NCBI RefSeq assembly: GCF_022539665.2
Contig: NC_081333.1
Location: forward strand, 11,780,001-11,844,000
Direction of reading: 5' to 3'
Source of the DNA: Daphnia carinata
Lineage: Eukaryota
Length of the DNA stretch: 64,000 nt
Shown: positions 1 through 12,100 of the stretch, piece after piece
How positions within the stretch are numbered: position 1 is the first letter of the stretch
Layout: each line of letters opens with the position of its first letter
Made by a program: the position numbers and the translations under genes
Notes under the pieces: model-generated
Database searches by the model: none
The model's input: only the letters and a program-made list of their open reading frames with translations
What the model was told of the DNA's origin: nothing

Positions 1-453
1 GCCATCGTTCAAAATCCCGTGAATTTCTGCCAGGTCTTACTTCCTTGACTTCTCTCAAATCAACTGATATTGACAAAAGGGAAAAGTGTTCTGGTTAATG
101 TACATGGCTCGTAGAATTCAATTACAAAACATGATTTTTAAAAAGCTTAAAAAAAAGGTTCTTGAACCAATCTTGTTTTTGGAAAGCTCAAAAGAAATGT
201 ATGCTAGATTTACACATTAGTAAACAGTTGTGATCTACAGTAATATTACAAAAACATTACCAGCCCCTTCGAAGACATTCCTCTTGGTCATTGGTCTATA
301 CCACACAACTTGACGTGTCTCTCTTTTAACTGACAAAATCCTTCTGTCAGGATGTTTCTTCTGGAAAAACTTAGTGACAACGGTTCCTCTCTCCAATTGG
401 CAAATAATGTTTTCCATTTCTGGAAGCAATCCGCTCCCATCAGTTTCATTCAT
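1..453 (-). CDS. PLCG: Phospholipase C-gamma (small wing-like), first two coding exons; gene continues beyond the left edge
   Basis: Exon 453-261 (MNETDGSG...LERGTVVTKFFQKKHPDRRILSVKRETRQVVW...FEGA), donor GTAATG at 260, acceptor CAG at 66-64, exon 63-1 (VDLREVKEVRPGRNSRDFERW). Matches the N-terminal PH domain of PLC-gamma (LE.GTV.T.F...K.P.RR; ID.REIKE.RPG..SRDF). Confidence 0.92.
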
Positions 454-969
454 GGTTCACCTGATTTGATTATGTTAGCGACGGATCAAAGAAGGGAAAG
501 ATGGAACACTCCCTCTGTCTCACGGCAAACGGGAGATAACTAGGTACCATACGAGACAACGGGGAGGACTCAAATTGAGGCAAAGGCTTATTGATTCTGG
601 CAAATTACCAGAAAAAGTAAGCAGGATGTAAATAATTTATGTACCAAATAAGTACTGAAATCTTGATTTTCTACAACATTAATCTACTGTAAGACTCGTT
701 CACTTTGAATACTGATTATAACGTACATCTTTAAAACAGCTGACAGCCAGTTAGTTCCAAAGTCTCTTTGCTGCTGTCAACTTTTTTGGCCTGGAGGAAT
801 CAAGTTTTAAAGCGTGGTAGTCATAGCAAAGGCTGAAGGGCGGGGCTTAATGCAAACATGCCTGCCCTGCCTTTCAAATGCTCAGATTGAATTTATATTT
901 CATAACCAACAAAGCTAAAGTTATCATTATCAATGTTACAAGAAACCGAAATTAAAAAAAACAAACTAT

Positions 970-977
970 TATCGATA
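970..977. promoter_or_regulatory. DRE element (TATCGATA) in the region between divergent PLC-gamma and the coiled-coil gene
   Basis: Exact palindrome TATCGATA, the known arthropod DREF/BEAF core-promoter motif. A GC-box (GGGCGGGGC) lies at 838-846. Function is inferred. Confidence 0.4.
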
Positions 978-2341
978 CAATAACCAGTTGTAAGTGGATA
1001 TCACAACAATTAGCTTATGTAAAATGTATTACTGTATTATGCTTGCCAGGCTAGCCGGTATAGTAATTAATAACAACATTCAGAAACTGTGAAAGAATTA
1101 TAAGATATCAATAAAACTAATAACTACCATTCGTTTGAACTCTTTGCTTGACGAATGGCTGGAACACGGCGGTCGTCCCTAGTGCAGATGACAGTAGGCA
1201 ACTCTACATTTCTTTCTCAAAGCGTCAAAATATAAGAAAAGATGCCTTACTCGTGTACAAGCGTTACACAGACGCCTTTTCTTTTCGATTATTACAGGAT
1301 TTAACACGAAAATAAATGTACTATGGCAAAACATTTAATATAGCCGCCATACCAGCAAGGCGATGGAGAACGCTGAAGTGCCTTACATTACGGCTACCAA
1401 CTACAGGACGATATTATGCTTTGAATTCGTCGAATCAAATTGAAAGCGCTCCACTAACGGAACACATTACACCAGGATGTATTATAGAATACAATTTTTC
1501 TGTGAACGGTTTTATCCAGAGATTTGCAGCATATAAGCGCAGCTTTGCAAGTTAATTTTTCTTACGTCGAGCACTTGCCAATTCTATCATCAAAAACTAT
1601 CTTAGCCGAGAGAGACGATTTGGTTGGGAAAAAGGGGCAAGTAGACGTGTTTCTCGGTAGATAATAATGTTGGGATTCTGGGTAGGATTATTGAAAAAGG
1701 ATTTATTGGTGCTAGTGAAGGTCATTCCTAGAAAAGAGCGAGAATGATCTTGTCTATATATCTAAATAGGAAAAAAATGTTCTATCAAAATCAATTAAAT
1801 GTTTCATCTCGTGACAAGATATTTGGAATTTTTAAATTAGAGATTCTCGGAATTTTTCTTTTTCCCGATAGCTTTGGCAAACAATGATTCACAATAGATA
1901 CCATATATTGTATACGGTCTTATCTTTGTTTAGCAGTTCCCTTATCACTCTCATCCAGTCAATATCAAGTGTTATGCTAGAAAACAGCGCGAAATTAGCG
2001 ACAGAGTGAAATAAGCAGTCAGTTTGCGACGTCAATGAAGTCACCATGGTTTTGTCGGCCGCAGAATTGGAAGCAGCTAGCACTTGTAAATTAATTAACG
2101 GCGATAAAGCTAAAATATTATCACTGTTGCACCTGAGGCAGAATACCGACAGTTTTCTTATTCAATGTCTTGCTGACCGTGAAATTCAAACATTAATTTA
2201 CGTTGATGAGAACGTGTCCTCGAAATCAGCTTATCGTTACAACTGTGCCGTAGTTCACAATCCCCATGCCTGCGTTCATGTAAAACAATGTTAAAATATG
2301 TTTTTAAAATCATAACCTATTGTTACTTGTACCTTTTCCAG

Positions 2342-3001
2342 TTGGATGCTGTTAATGGTCACGGTTGGAATGAGAAGAAAAATCAACCTTATGATCCGAA
2401 GTTGAATTTGGGCAAAATTTTTGCTCAGCAGCATTCTAACCGTAAACTGGATAAGTCAGCTAGAAGCAATCACGAAAAGAAGCAGCAACAAATTGACCAA
2501 TTAGAAGAAACCATACGAATTCTTCAAGAGGAAAACACTAAAATGAAACAGAATTACCTTAGCCGTTTAACACAACTTAACGGCGCAATTGAGAACTTCA
2601 GTGATAGTAACATGAAACCAAACAGTCAACAGGTAAATCAGCTCCAGCAAAAGATACAGTTGCTGAATTCGGATTTGCAGTCCCAGACGGCGGCAGTACG
2701 ACTACTCAGAGATGAAAAGGCTAGTTTGCAAACTGTGATTAATAACTTACGAGTCATGTCACTTTCCAAGAACAATACGAACGTATCTGATAACAAGCGG
2801 ACTGATCAACTTGAGCAACAGTTAAATGCGATGAGATTGGACTTGCAGCGCCAAAATGACTTAGTCAGTTCATTGACCGAACAGAATTCTAATTTGCTAG
2901 CTGCGGTTATGGAACCTCAAGCTAGGATACATTCCCAACGCGTTTATTCCCAATCATCCAGGACAAACAATGAGCAGCAAGGCTGCTGCATTATCATGTA
3001 A
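2342..3001 (+). CDS. Gln/Asn/Leu-rich coiled-coil protein with C-terminal CaaX motif (GCCIIM); terminal exon, start uncertain
   Basis: Long stop-free frame after acceptor TTTTCCAG (2341), heptad-like sequence (QIDQLEETIRILQEENTKMKQ; QVNQLQQKIQLLNSDLQ), ending CCIIM-stop. The upstream exon is unresolved (candidate 1667-1681 MLGFW|GTAGGA; otherwise internal ATG at 2543). Confidence 0.75.
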   Translation: MDAVNGHGWNEKKNQPYDPKLNLGKIFAQQHSNRKLDKSARSNHEKKQQQIDQLEETIRILQEENTKMKQNYLSRLTQLNGAIENFSDSNMKPNSQQVNQLQQKIQLLNSDLQSQTAAVRLLRDEKASLQTVINNLRVMSLSKNNTNVSDNKRTDQLEQQLNAMRLDLQRQNDLVSSLTEQNSNLLAAVMEPQARIHSQRVYSQSSRTNNEQQGCCIIM

Positions 3002-3452
3002 AGAGAGTACGATTAGGACACGTATATTGCCAAAAACGATAGGATGTGGTACGTTTTGCTGTCCGATGGTGATGCTGCAACCATATCAACCAACTGTTTT
3101 TTCCCCGTATTTCGTAATTAATGCTACTGAGATTTGTGCTTAACCACGTTTAATCATTATAATAGAAAAATGTACGTATTCTTCAAAATTAAACTGGGAT
3201 GATATTTTATTTTAAAACTGATTTAAAAGTACTGATATGCGTTACGATTAACAAGGGGAGATATCTCTGTGATTTTAGTTGTGGACGTAAATGGTAATAT
3301 TGCACGCCACAACGTGATCTTATAATATTATGGATGGGAAAAGTGCGGAAATTAACACTATTCTACCCACGGATTAAAAGTAAGAAATTGAACAAATGAG
3401 TTTTACGATGAAAAGAAAGGTTCTAAAAATTTGACATACGATACTGGAAGTT

Positions 3453-5514
3453 TCAGTCAGAATCCTCACTGTCGACGATGTTTTTCAATCGACCAAATAT
3501 TTTCTTAAATTCAGGCGACTTCTTTGGTGACGTTTCTTGTTTTTTAGCGCTGGCTGGAGACGGACTATGACGAGTTGCAAAGAGGCTCGTTACACCTCGG
3601 CGAGATCTCCCTGTTTTGTTATAGAGGTAGAAATAAAAAGTAAATTCAAATTTTACAAGCAAAAAGGCTCTTGCTAAATATACTGGTACCATTAGAGGTG
3701 ATGATGTTGGATGTATTGAGTTCCGAAACCTCCTTTTCTCTTTCCAATTTCTTCTTAAGTTTTCGGCATTCGGAAACTGAAGGTTTTCCCTTCAATCCGC
3801 GTTCATGAAGCAACTCCATTAGCTTTTGAGCCCTCGCTTTGTCATTTTTGCAATTTTGCCATAATGTTTTGTAGTTCTGCACACGAATTCCTGTAATTCA
3901 CGTTCAGTAACAAAAAAAAAATTGAAAAACATTGTGATTTTGTTGCTTACTCACCCGCTTCTTTCAAATAGCGTTGAAGCCGTATTATACGCGGGTTGTC
4001 CCCGGGATTTTTTTTTCTTTTGTGGTTTCCTTTTTTGATGATTTTTCATCTTTCTGCGTGGCCTTTTTCTTCTGCGGGGAAACGTTTTCGGACTCTTCGC
4101 TGGAAGAAGATCCAGAAGTCGAGCAAACAGGGTGTTCTTCAACTTTGCCAGTGCTTGAATTACTTGTTTTACGGACCATTGGATCATCTGAGTCGCTAGC
4201 ATTTCCAACATTTTCACTTTTCCTTGTTCCCTTGGCTTTTTTTTGCGGGACTTTCTTTTTTCTTTTCAAGGAGCTGAGAGTTGTAACTGAGTCTTCGCCA
4301 CTTTCAGAACTCGAGCTGGATGGCAAAGCAACGGCGGTTTCAACATTTGAGGGATCCTCAACTTCACTGTCTTCTGAAGAGCTGCTAGTATCGGACGAAT
4401 TATTGAGCTTTTCCAGAATACCATTTTTATCCAACACCTTTGCTTTTTTACCGCCAATTGGTTTGGAGTTGGAGCCTTTAGGATTTGTGTTGGCTTCCGT
4501 TTTAGTTGGAGAAATCATAACGTCATCCTGAACAGGCGATTTCTTTTTGCCACTCGCAGGACCTAGCTTTTTCTTGCCCATTGACGGACTAGATTTGCTG
4601 TCGATTATTGCTGGAACAGTTTCATTCTTCGTGGTGGATACTGGAGTGCCATTTTTTATACTGGAAGCCGGTGCTGGTGTATCCCTTTTTGATTTAACAG
4701 CATCGTCGGAGCTGCTATCCGACGAAATGTTTAGTTTTCTTTTAGTTTTGGCCCGTTTTTGCTCACTGCTAGTTTCCTCGCTTCTTTTTCTTTTCAAACT
4801 GCTTTTCTCATTCACTTTTTTTGTTTTGACTGATTTCTGTTTTTTAATATTGCTCTTGGGCGTTTCCCGTGCTTGCGCGAAACTTGAACTAGAATCAGAT
4901 TCTTCTTGTTCAACAAGTGATGTTTGATCAGAAGCATGGGAATCATTTGAACCATCCATCATAACTTCCAATTTTGATTTGCTTTTTTTACTTTTATTCA
5001 CAGTTACCTTTTTTCGTAACTTATTGTTTACCTTCTTTGCTTCTAAATTGGTATGCTGGATTGTTGAACGTACAAACTTGGCAAGCGGGACATCACTAGA
5101 ACATGAATTGTCATCTGCTGATACTGAAACATTGGACGATGGGACTTCTAACTTTAATTCAAGTGGTTTTTTGTTGGAAGCCAACTTAGTTAGTGGGATA
5201 TCACTAGAACTTGAATTTTCATCCATTGAAACCAAAACATTTGATGGTTTTTCATTCTGTTTCTCAGTAGTGTTTGAAGTTGAGCCATCAGTTTCATCTT
5301 CCGACAAAATGGATAACTGTGATTTCTTTTTCGTTACAAGGAAACTTAAGGGTAAATCTGAGCTGGAGTTCGAATTTTCATTTGCAATCTGTGAGGCAAT
5401 TTTTAACTTTCGATGAGACAGGCTTTCACAATCTTTCAGGGGTGATTTTATTGATTCGGATTCAGATTCAGAAGAAGTACCCGAATCAAGGGCTTCCATT
5501 ATTTCTTCACTCAT
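3453..5514 (-). CDS. HIRIP3: HIRA-interacting protein 3-like (CHZ-type histone chaperone), 3 exons, ~639 aa if one A is restored at 4008-4016
   Basis: Exons 5514-3955, 3890-3690, 3610-3453 with GT-AG introns. Ser/Lys/Glu low-complexity body, then GDNPRIIRLQRYLKEAGIRVQNYKTLW...GLKGKPSVSECRKLK...EVSELNTSNIITSNGRSRR. This resembles the HIRIP3 C-terminus (HP...RLKRYI.ACG..RNYKKL...GMKGTPSL.KCR.LK...EVASLD..NII..SGRPRR). Confidence 0.8.
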
Positions 5515-5575
5515 ATTACGTGTAGGTATCAACGAAGATCTTGTTCTTCAGCCACTGCCGAACTCGTGAATGAGA

Positions 5576-5587
5576 TTGGCGGGAAAA
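5576..5587 (-). promoter_or_regulatory. E2F-type site (TTTTCCCGCCAA) about 60 bp upstream of the HIRIP3-like ATG
   Basis: Plus strand reads TTGGCGGGAAAA, the canonical TTTSSCGC consensus, in the very short promoter of a histone-chaperone gene. Confidence 0.5.
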
Positions 5588-5777
5588 TGCAGCTTTGTCG
5601 TGACAGACCCGTCTGCTATTTTTTTTATCCATAGTTGCCAATGTCGTTATAGAACTCATTGTATTCTGTATTGTAAATTTAATAGTTGTAAAACGTAATT
5701 TTGGTATACCAGGCAAAGCTATTAGGATTAAAGCGTATAGAATTATTATTATTTAAAAATATTCAGCATAGAAGTAT

Positions 5778-7868
5778 TTATGCTTTCGGCAGTTCTTTGT
5801 TATCTTCTTCTGCATCAGGTGACAGAGGTTCAATCGTTGAGGCCAATATTTGAACAATCTTCCGAGCGTCATCGAGCTTGGAATCTCTTTTCTTGTTAGT
5901 TGTTTCGTCTATAAATAACTGCTTAAACTGGCGTTTGACGCGACGCAGTAGATATCCAGAGTTCCAAATTCTCGTCATTTCCCGACTCAGATAAGACACA
6001 AGACGGGCCGTCTCTAAATTTGACGGTACCTTCCCATTTTCACTTAATCGAAGAGTAACTAATGCTTCATTAGGACGAATTTTTGTGGGTTTGAATCGCA
6101 CTGCTACCAATTTGCCATCAACTTCCTGAAAATAGTTCACAAAGTTGTTAAGTAACGAACCACCGAAGTTATTCTGAACGGGGATACAAACCGTCAAACG
6201 TAGCTTAGCGGTAAGTTGAGGCGTTGATACACGAGACTGTTGAAGAAGGAATCCGGATTTTTTATCCATTACATACTGCAGTGGGCCGATTAGTAATTGT
6301 GTGTCTATAATATGCGAGCTAGAATTTTGTCTCATTCCGACCAAGACGTCGCCGTTTCTTTGAATAAATCCTATTCCTTCAACCGTAGCACTTGGCCTGC
6401 GCGGATAACTTCGGGATGAACTTTGGTCACGTTTACCATTCAATTCCTTAGCTTGGCGACCTGAATCCTCCCTGTATCATTTCAAATCATATACCTCCGT
6501 CATATTGAATGAAAAAAGACAATTTACCGCTGTTGTGATGACTCTTCCTCAGCAAATTCCACTTTCCTATTCTCAGTTTCATTTTCACTGAGCAGCTGTA
6601 GACTGTATTCCACCGTTCCGTCTGGCAGCACAACCGGGAATGGTTTTTGGGTTCGATGATATCCCGTAGCATTATCCTTTTTGGATTGCGTGATGTTAAC
6701 GGAATCATACGTGACCGTCTCCGCACTGTCGTCAACATCATCCTCTTCAGTCGCCATAATTTCTTCTGGAACGGTTGATGATTCCTCAATATCATTAGAA
6801 TTTTCAGTTACGGGGCTAAGTGTCGTTTCCTCTTCCGGATTTATTGCATCATCGTCGTCTTCATAACTTTCGGTATCTACTTCGGCAGCTTCATTCTTGA
6901 AATTGTCGGCAGCTCTTGCTCGACGGGTTTTCCCATCTATCACTTTTTCTTCCATTTTGATCGTGTTCGTTTTATTCAGTGCAACAAACGCCCAAGGAGA
7001 TATTTTCATATTCGTACGGAAGGTACTGCAAACAATAACCGATTGTTAAACACATAGAGATAGTTATTCGAAGTTCATCAACTTACTTTAATCTTACAGA
7101 AAATGTAGAATTATGTGTAGCTAATGTTTGTGACATGCATTCAAGCATGTCATCCACAGCTTTATTTAATTGATCGGTATGGGATGATCGGGCCAAATAC
7201 CGAACCGCGCGGATGCCGGGTTGTTTAGCCTTCTTCTGGTATACTTTCTTTTCATTTGGAGGACGACGGTTACGCTTACTGGGCCTCTTGCCTAAATAGA
7301 GTTGGATATTTAGACTGAAACTACACTCTTCATGGTAAACGGTTCAGTTAAGCATTCTAAACCAACCTTTCTGATTCAGCTGGTTGACGCGATTCTTGTG
7401 TCGTTTATTTGGACTCTTTTTTTCCCGTCCTGCTTGTTTGCAGCAATTAAACTTGAAATTTTTTCAGTTATGATTTCAGAGGATTCTACCCGATGATCCG
7501 GAACCAATTGCTTGACTGTGTCCTTTTTATCAATCACTGAGCTTGCGTTGGTTAAACTGATTTCTAACGCATTTCCTTTTTTTCCTAATAAAAATTTTAA
7601 AATATTACAATGTTTCTGTAGTCATTAAAGCAGCTAAAGAAAAAAGTGAACGCCATTTTGTTGCGAAAAGAAGACATTCTGAAATGGAACTACTGAAAAC
7701 AGTCATGAAGAACTTATAGCGTTCGAGTTTCGTATGAGAGACTAAGGTTATTTCAAGGGTAAAAATCATGGCGTTACCAAAAATTAACTGAGGGTTCTTA
7801 CCTTCATTTAAGTGGGCCAAACCAGGCGAGAAAAGCAAAACAGCTAAACATAGAAGGAACACTCCCAT
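5778..7868 (-). CDS. Uncharacterised secreted protein, 5 exons, ~560 aa if one A is restored at 7417-7423
   Basis: Exons 7868-7802 (signal peptide MGVFLLCLAVLLFSPGLA), 7584-7367, 7291-7087, 7025-6528, 6471-5778. All introns are GT-AG and phases join the separate ORFs 6524..7009 and 5778..6443. No family recognised. Confidence 0.72.
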
Positions 7869-9161
7869 TGCGAATTATATAAAGAAAATTTATAAACGCA
7901 AAAGCAATGATGAAATTTTCCTGTCTAGAAGAGAAAAATCTCTTGTTTACTGGTCGATGACTTGTAGCCTTTTGTTGACTGCTGGTCGTCATTCTTTTAC
8001 CACGTAACACCGCAACAGGGCCTAGACGTGGAGAATCAGACGTTTCATTCCAATTGCCGATGGCGTCAGAAGGATGGCCTATGGTTTTGGTTCCTTTTCT
8101 TGCATGGAGCTGGCACTGTGTTTTCTGCTACTTCCAACGTGACAGGCGCAGGCGGGCATCGTGTTCCACTGCTACCTGCTCCAAGAGGATGGCCTCAATG
8201 CTTCGACATGGTTTCCGATGCGAGAAACCCGGAGGCTGGCAGACGAACATCTTCAAACAATCAACTATGCCATTTTCTCAATTACTGTTAACAAGAAAAA
8301 CATGTTGTTTTTCCATATGTCACAGTGAGCTGCCTAGGCACCAACATATTTAATATTCCGACATTCACGCAGATAACGTGGTAGAACAATTTTCACGTTC
8401 TACAGCAGTTAACGTAGCCTACACAAATTTCCTTCCGTAATTTTAGTAGATGACGCAGATAAGACACCTACCTCTCTTAATCAGGTCGTATCCATTAATA
8501 GTTTAATATACATAAGACGTAAACGAGAAATACCGATGCATGCTGTTCTGGTTTTTAGATAATTTTATCACCTCAGTAACATTCAGTTGGGTATTATAAA
8601 CGCGTTTTTATAACAATAACGATGCATTTCTGGTTGACTATTGCATCAGAATGTCAGGACACTAATCATGAGGCCAATACATGCTAGATAACTACCATAG
8701 ACAAACGAAAAAAGGAGGTAAACATGACACAACGTGTGCTTATACTGAGCTGCTAGCGAGCCTTGCTTCTTTTAAACGTCATTACGCTCTGTTGCTGTTC
8801 GAAGTATTTGGGTTTAATTGACGAAAAGGGCAACGCTGCTCCACTGTTGCCACTTTCTCTTTAATTGGTTTTGTCGCTGACCAACTGACGTGGGTTATTT
8901 TCTGTCAACGTCAAAGGTTTCGTGAATTTCCTTCGTTTCGTAAAGATATCGTTCACATAGAAAATAAAACAAGGAATTGTAGAAAAACGATACAAGGCAA
9001 GTCTCCGTCTTTCTTCAACCGTTTGTCAATGATACCTAAGTAACAGTAAACATATGATAGTTTTAGTTTAGATGCAGATAGCTGTCATAAAAACATTACA
9101 TCAAGCTTCAACCGGTCAGAGTTTTGTAATTCACGTATCGTTTTGTATTTTTCTTGTTTAG

Positions 9162-12100
9162 ATGTCTGTGACCGAGCAACCTTGTTATACTCTCATCAGT
9201 ACACCAGATTCAGACTATCCTTCTCAAGATCAACTCAGAAAAGAGTTAGAAATTGGGGATATCAAAGCCAAAATTGATGCCTTAAAAAAGGTCATTTACA
9301 TCATTCTGAATGGAGAGAAGATTCCAGGAATCCTCATGGCAGTTGTCAAATTTGTGCTTCCCTTGCAAGATCACAATGTCAAGAAACTTCTATTAATATT
9401 TTGGGAAATTATTCCAAAGACTTCACCTGATGGAAAACTTTTGCATGAGATGATTCTTGTTTGTGATGCTTACAGACGAGACCTTCAACACCCAAATGAA
9501 TTCATAAGAGGATCAACCTTGCGCTTTCTTTGCAAACTTAAAGTAAACCAATTGTATAGTGTCATTAATTCTTCAACTGAGCTCTTTGTGGTTTTCCCTC
9601 TTTAAAGGAACCTGAGATCCTAGAGCCGTTGATGCCGTCGATCAGGTCATGTTTGGAACATCGACATAGCTACGTTCGGCGCAACGCTGTCTTGGCTATT
9701 TATACAATTTACCGCAATTTTGACTTCCTTATCCCCGACGGACCAGAGTTGATTGCCAATTTTTTGGAACGTGAACAGGATATGTCTTGTAAGCGCAACG
9801 CATTTATGATGTTAATTCACGCAGATCAAGAGAGAGCTCTGTCATACCTTACTTCCTGCATTGATCAAGTAATTAAGAAGTTGAACATCCAAGAAAGTTT
9901 GATAATTAAGTTTTTTTTTTTTTACTTTTCTGTGTATCAGGTTCATTCATTCGGAGATATTTTGCAGTTGGTCATCGTTGAACTAATTTATAAGGTGTGT
10001 CACGCTAATCCTAGTGAGAGATCGCGTTTCATACGATGCATCTACAGCTTTCTGAATGCCACAAGTCCGGCTGTTCGCTACGAAGCCGCTGGCACCCTAG
10101 TAACCCTGTCGTCTGCACCCTCAGCTATTAAAGGTTATTGATCAATACTCGTATTAAAAAAAATTCAACATTAACCTTACATCACCTCTCCTACCGTAGC
10201 TGCTGCCAGTTGCTACATCGAAATTATCCTAAAAGAAAGCGATAATAATGTGAAGCTTATTGTACTGGACCGCCTAATTGCTTTGAAAGAGCAACCAAAC
10301 CAAGAACGTGTTCTGCAGGTTGGTTATCTTTTCATTAATCCTTACCGTCCTTATCCCTACAACAACTGGGGAAGAGATAATATTTAATTAAAATTATATC
10401 GTAATTCTGTTGATCTCAGGAATTGGTGATGGATATCTTACGTGTGTTGGCAACTCCGGATTTGGAAGTAAGGAAGAAAACACTTTCCCTCATTCTAGAT
10501 TTGGTTTCGTCGCGCAACATCGAAGACATTGTGCTGGTTTTGAAAAAGGTTAGAGTTCCAGCATGTCGTTGTAATTGGAACAAAATTCCTTCTAAAGCAA
10601 ATTGGTTTGTAGGAAGTAACCAAGACGCACAACACAACGGAGCACGAGGATACGGGAAAATACCGCCAACTTTTGGTGCGCACTCTTCACTCGTGTTGCA
10701 TCAAGTTTCCTGATATTTCCGCTACCGTTATACCCGTTCTAACCGAATTCCTTTCCGATACCAATGAGCTGGCTGCAGCCGATGTTTTGGTTTTTGTTCG
10801 CGAAGCAATTCAAAAATTCGAGGGACTCCGTGCACTTATAATCGAAAAGCTGCTAGAAGCCTTTCTTTCTATCAAGTACATTTTTGTTTTTGACCAAAAT
10901 CTACAGACGTTTTTGTTTTTAATTTTCGTTTTAAGATCGGTCAAGGTGCATCGTGCGGCAATCTGGATCTTGGGCGAGTACGCAACTTCGACAGATGACA
11001 TTCGTTCAGTCATGTCGAAAATACGACAATCGCTAGGTGAAATTCCTATGGTGGACGATGAAATCCGGAAAGCAGCTGGAGAACAACCCGATGGAGAAAG
11101 TCCTGCTACGCAAAGTAATGTCGCCACTAACCCGACGGCTCCCAACGCTCGCTTAGTCACAGCAGATGGTACCTATGCCACTCAGTCTATCTTCAGCACT
11201 GCCGCAACAACCGCCAAAAAAGAAGAAAGACCTCCTCTTCGAAAGTATCAAAATAGATGAAACCTACACTTCTACTCATTAATTATTAAACGTGCTGTCG
11301 TCCCTAGGTATTTGATGGAAGGTGATTTTTTCATTGGAGCATCAATGGCTACAACTCTAACCAAACTAGCCTTGCGTTTCGTGCAACAAACTTCCAACAC
11401 GCAAACCCAAAATCAGTTTTGTGCAGAAGCCATGCTTGTTATTACGGCAATCCTTCATTTGGGCCGTTCTGGCTTGCCACAAAAACCAATCAGTAACGAT
11501 GATGCTGCAAGACTAGGGCTTTGCCTTAAAGTAGGCTACAATCTCGAGAACGTCTATGAACAGTTCAACAATTTTTGTTTTGTCATTAAAGGTGCTGTCA
11601 GAACGATCACCCATCTTGGTAGAAGTCTTTACGGATGCCTGTCGTCGTTCAATTTCGCTTATGCTAGCCGCTAAGGCTGAGGAAGAAGCTGCTGCCCAAA
11701 AGAATTTAGAAAAGAACAACCGATCAGTCCAAGCTGATGACCTCGTCTCGTTTAAGCAACTTCTTTCTCGTAATGAACTAGGAGGCCTTGAAGACGTTTT
11801 TGAATCAAGTTTGTCTCAGGCCTTGGTGGGATCAGCTCAACGAACCGGACTGGATCTGAGCGTCTCGAAACTGAACAAGGTGACACAGTTGACAGGATTC
11901 TCTGATCCAGTGTACGCCGAAGCTTACGTCAACGTGAACCAGTATGACATCGTTCTCGATGTATTGATTGTTAATCAAACGGCCGACACGCTTCAAAATT
12001 GCACGCTGGAACTAGCCACTCTAGGTGATCTGAAACTCGTTGAAAAGCCGTCGGCAATCATTTTAGCCCCACATGATTTTGCTAATATCAAGGCCAGCGT

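Noticed and set aside
3974..5525. Plus-strand ORFs rich in Phe/Leu/Ser
   Set aside because: Antisense shadows of the low-complexity HIRIP3-like exon.
8028..8353. Overlapping ORFs in a GC-richer patch upstream of the secreted gene
   Set aside because: No recognisable protein or splice structure in any frame I translated.
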